DNA of 64,000 nt, taken from Laetmonice hystrix. Lineage: Eukaryota. Below are positions 62,122-64,000 of the stretch, piece after piece (position 1 is the stretch's first letter; each line of letters opens with the position of its first letter). The notes under the pieces were generated by a model. It was not told the DNA's origin. It worked only from the letters and a program-made list of their open reading frames with translations, and searched no databases. The stretch spans positions 28,706,001-28,770,000 of the forward strand of contig OZ249442.1 of NCBI GenBank assembly GCA_965235115.1, read 5' to 3'. The position numbers were made by a program, and so were the translations under genes.

Positions 62122-63569
62122 AGTTATAGTTTACGCCTCGGAGGGGTAGGCCCTACCGTATTGATAGCTAGGCAGGCACCACATATGCAGGAAAGCAGGT
62201 TTGGGTTATAGGCCTATAGTGGCGTATCGAAGTGTATTAGCAGGGTATAAGGATATATGGTGCCTCCCTGTCCGGTCCACGAAAAACTGACTTTCATCTC
62301 ATCTTCACCGCCGTGATATGACCCTGGCTGTTGCAAGGCGTAAAACCCCAAATACCCACCCCACCCCACCCCGGTCACACGTGGTCTACAGGGCCGATTG
62401 TTGACGTCATGCCTGACTGACTTCTGTGTGTACGGGCCAGCAAGGCCTCGGACCATCTGACGGCAGTGGGTCGCTCAGCACTGTCATGTCGATATATGCC
62501 ATGATATGATGCTGCAGCGATTTCTGCTGTCTTTCCAGGAATCTCGCCTCTTTCAGGGTCCCGATTCGTGAAATCTCTGTCAGCATATGATAGGCCTAAG
62601 TTCTTCTAGGTAGGCAGGCCTGTTAATCCATTGTGCAAACCCAGGGCGTGGTCACCATCATTTTAGCCTATGCATTAAAAAATAAATAAAGATGGCCATA
62701 ATTTTCTGTTTAGGGTCAACTACAAGACTCAATTGCCTCCAACTTGTATTGCAGGACCCCTGTAAAAGATCTTTGACCCCCTATATCAAGTGAGATTTAC
62801 CTGATGCTTTATGTATGATACATCCCTAAATGCATTTCATCATCTATTATATTAATTAACATTGATTGCGACATAGGCCTACTGAACATATGCCTGATGT
62901 CGATTATAGAGAGAGATATAATTTCGTATTACGGTACCTGTGCTGGGGGAAAGGGTATATATGGGATTTTAGTTATCAACATATTACGGTGTCGTACCAC
63001 TGTTACATAACCCATGGGTTCAGGGTCGAGACAGCGGTGGGTGTTGGCATTTCGCCGCGGTGACCTCAGCCTCGACATGTCGCGGCCCATCGACCTGCAG
63101 CGATCAGTGTCAGCCTGCAGCGATAGCTGGCTGCTATCGCTGCCAAGTCGACAAGTCGAGCCCTGTGTGTGTATTACAACAGGTGTGCTCAGGTGGGCAG
63201 ATGTTGTCGAAGGCTGCAGGTGACACGTGCTTGCACGCCCAATCCAAATACTACAAGTCGCCAGTCGGTACTCGAGATTCAACCCAAGTCCTACACCAGG
63301 CGTCTTATAAACAATAAATTATTAGGAAGGGGAAGTGGGGGAGGGGGGGGGGGGGTCCTACTTATTTGAGCTGTCGCATCGATTCCATCCAGTTCAACAC
63401 TTTCATAGATTCTTCCTGACACGCATGTTGGCAACATATTGGTTTTATGGTATGCGGGCCAGTTGAACTCGTTGAAATTGACGGCCGGTTGTTTAAATAT
63501 TGATGGATGATTAGTAAATAACTCAAGCATCCTGTATATGAACGCTTCACGCTTCTCTTGTTGATCTCC

Positions 63570-63702
63570 CTGCTGTCCCCGTCGCATAGCATAATCGGGA
63601 TTCAGGATATATATACTGCTGTCCCCGTCGCATAGCATAATCGGGATTCAGGATATTTATACTGCTGTCCCCGTCGCATAGCATAATCTTCAGGATATAT
63701 AT
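63570..63702. repeat. 46-bp tandem repeat x~2.8
   Basis: CTGCTGTCCCCGTCGCATAGCATAATCGGGATTCAGGATATATATA starting at 63570, 63616 and 63662. Confidence 0.85.
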
Positions 63703-63883
63703 TAAGGATAGGGGGGGGGGGGGTTCCTATCCTGAATCCCCCATGCATAGATCTACGAATGGTGATATAAGATTTAAAAAAATTACAGGAAAAGAAATCA
63801 CGGCAGAGTACTGGAGCGTTGTATATTTATGCGCATTTACTTTTGCTTGGTTTCAGGAACCTTTACGTAAGGCCCCGAGACTG

Positions 63884-64000
63884 ATGGAGTCTCCAACCAA
63901 ACCGGGGCGAGTGAACAACGCTCAGCGGATCGTCTGCAGCCTCAAGCAGCACTTCAACCGTCCCGAACGCTCTGACGTCACAGTCCGAGTGGGGCCGCAC
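63884..64000 (+). CDS. BTB/POZ-domain protein (BTB-BACK/BTBD17-like), 5' part, truncated by the window edge
   Basis: Acceptor TTTCAG at 63856, ATG at 63884; MESPTKPGRVNNAQRIVCSLKQHFNRPERSDVTVRVGPH contains the BTB-start signature L..FN....SDV.VRVG. Confidence 0.75.
   Translation, partial: MESPTKPGRVNNAQRIVCSLKQHFNRPERSDVTVRVGPH

Overview
Eukaryotic, intron-rich genomic DNA from an invertebrate animal (probably a marine bilaterian; the taxon cannot be fixed from sequence alone). I assembled four complete spliced genes by hand using GT-AG sites and frame continuity: STX16 (+, 482-8020, 9 coding exons), PSMG2 (-, 12064-14369, 7), TRPC4AP (+, 19592-38942, 19) and KDSR (-, 45361-49979, 9). The start of a BTB/POZ-domain gene is cut by the right edge (+, 63884-64000). 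Introns and intergenic DNA are full of non-autonomous DNA transposons (TTAA/Kolobok-like, Harbinger-like, CAGGG hAT-like with unusual 5- and 6-bp TSDs, Ginger-like), one truncated LINE and at least nine minisatellites. Most long ORFs in the supplied track are repeat artefacts. I found no CRISPR array, rRNA or convincing intact tRNA, and I cannot claim a new biological system with confidence. The most interesting leads are: a tandem amplification of an STX16 exon end plus its splice donor; a 3-kb TIR element carrying an integrase-type C-terminal motif; a 4.5-6 kb inverted-repeat-bounded nest of elements; CTCF-like motifs at every promoter, including an identical 33-bp inverted pair; a hairpin array of TCAAGGTC motifs in a putative long 3'UTR; a duplicated intronic H/ACA-like RNA candidate; and chr18/chr20 paralogon macrosynteny.
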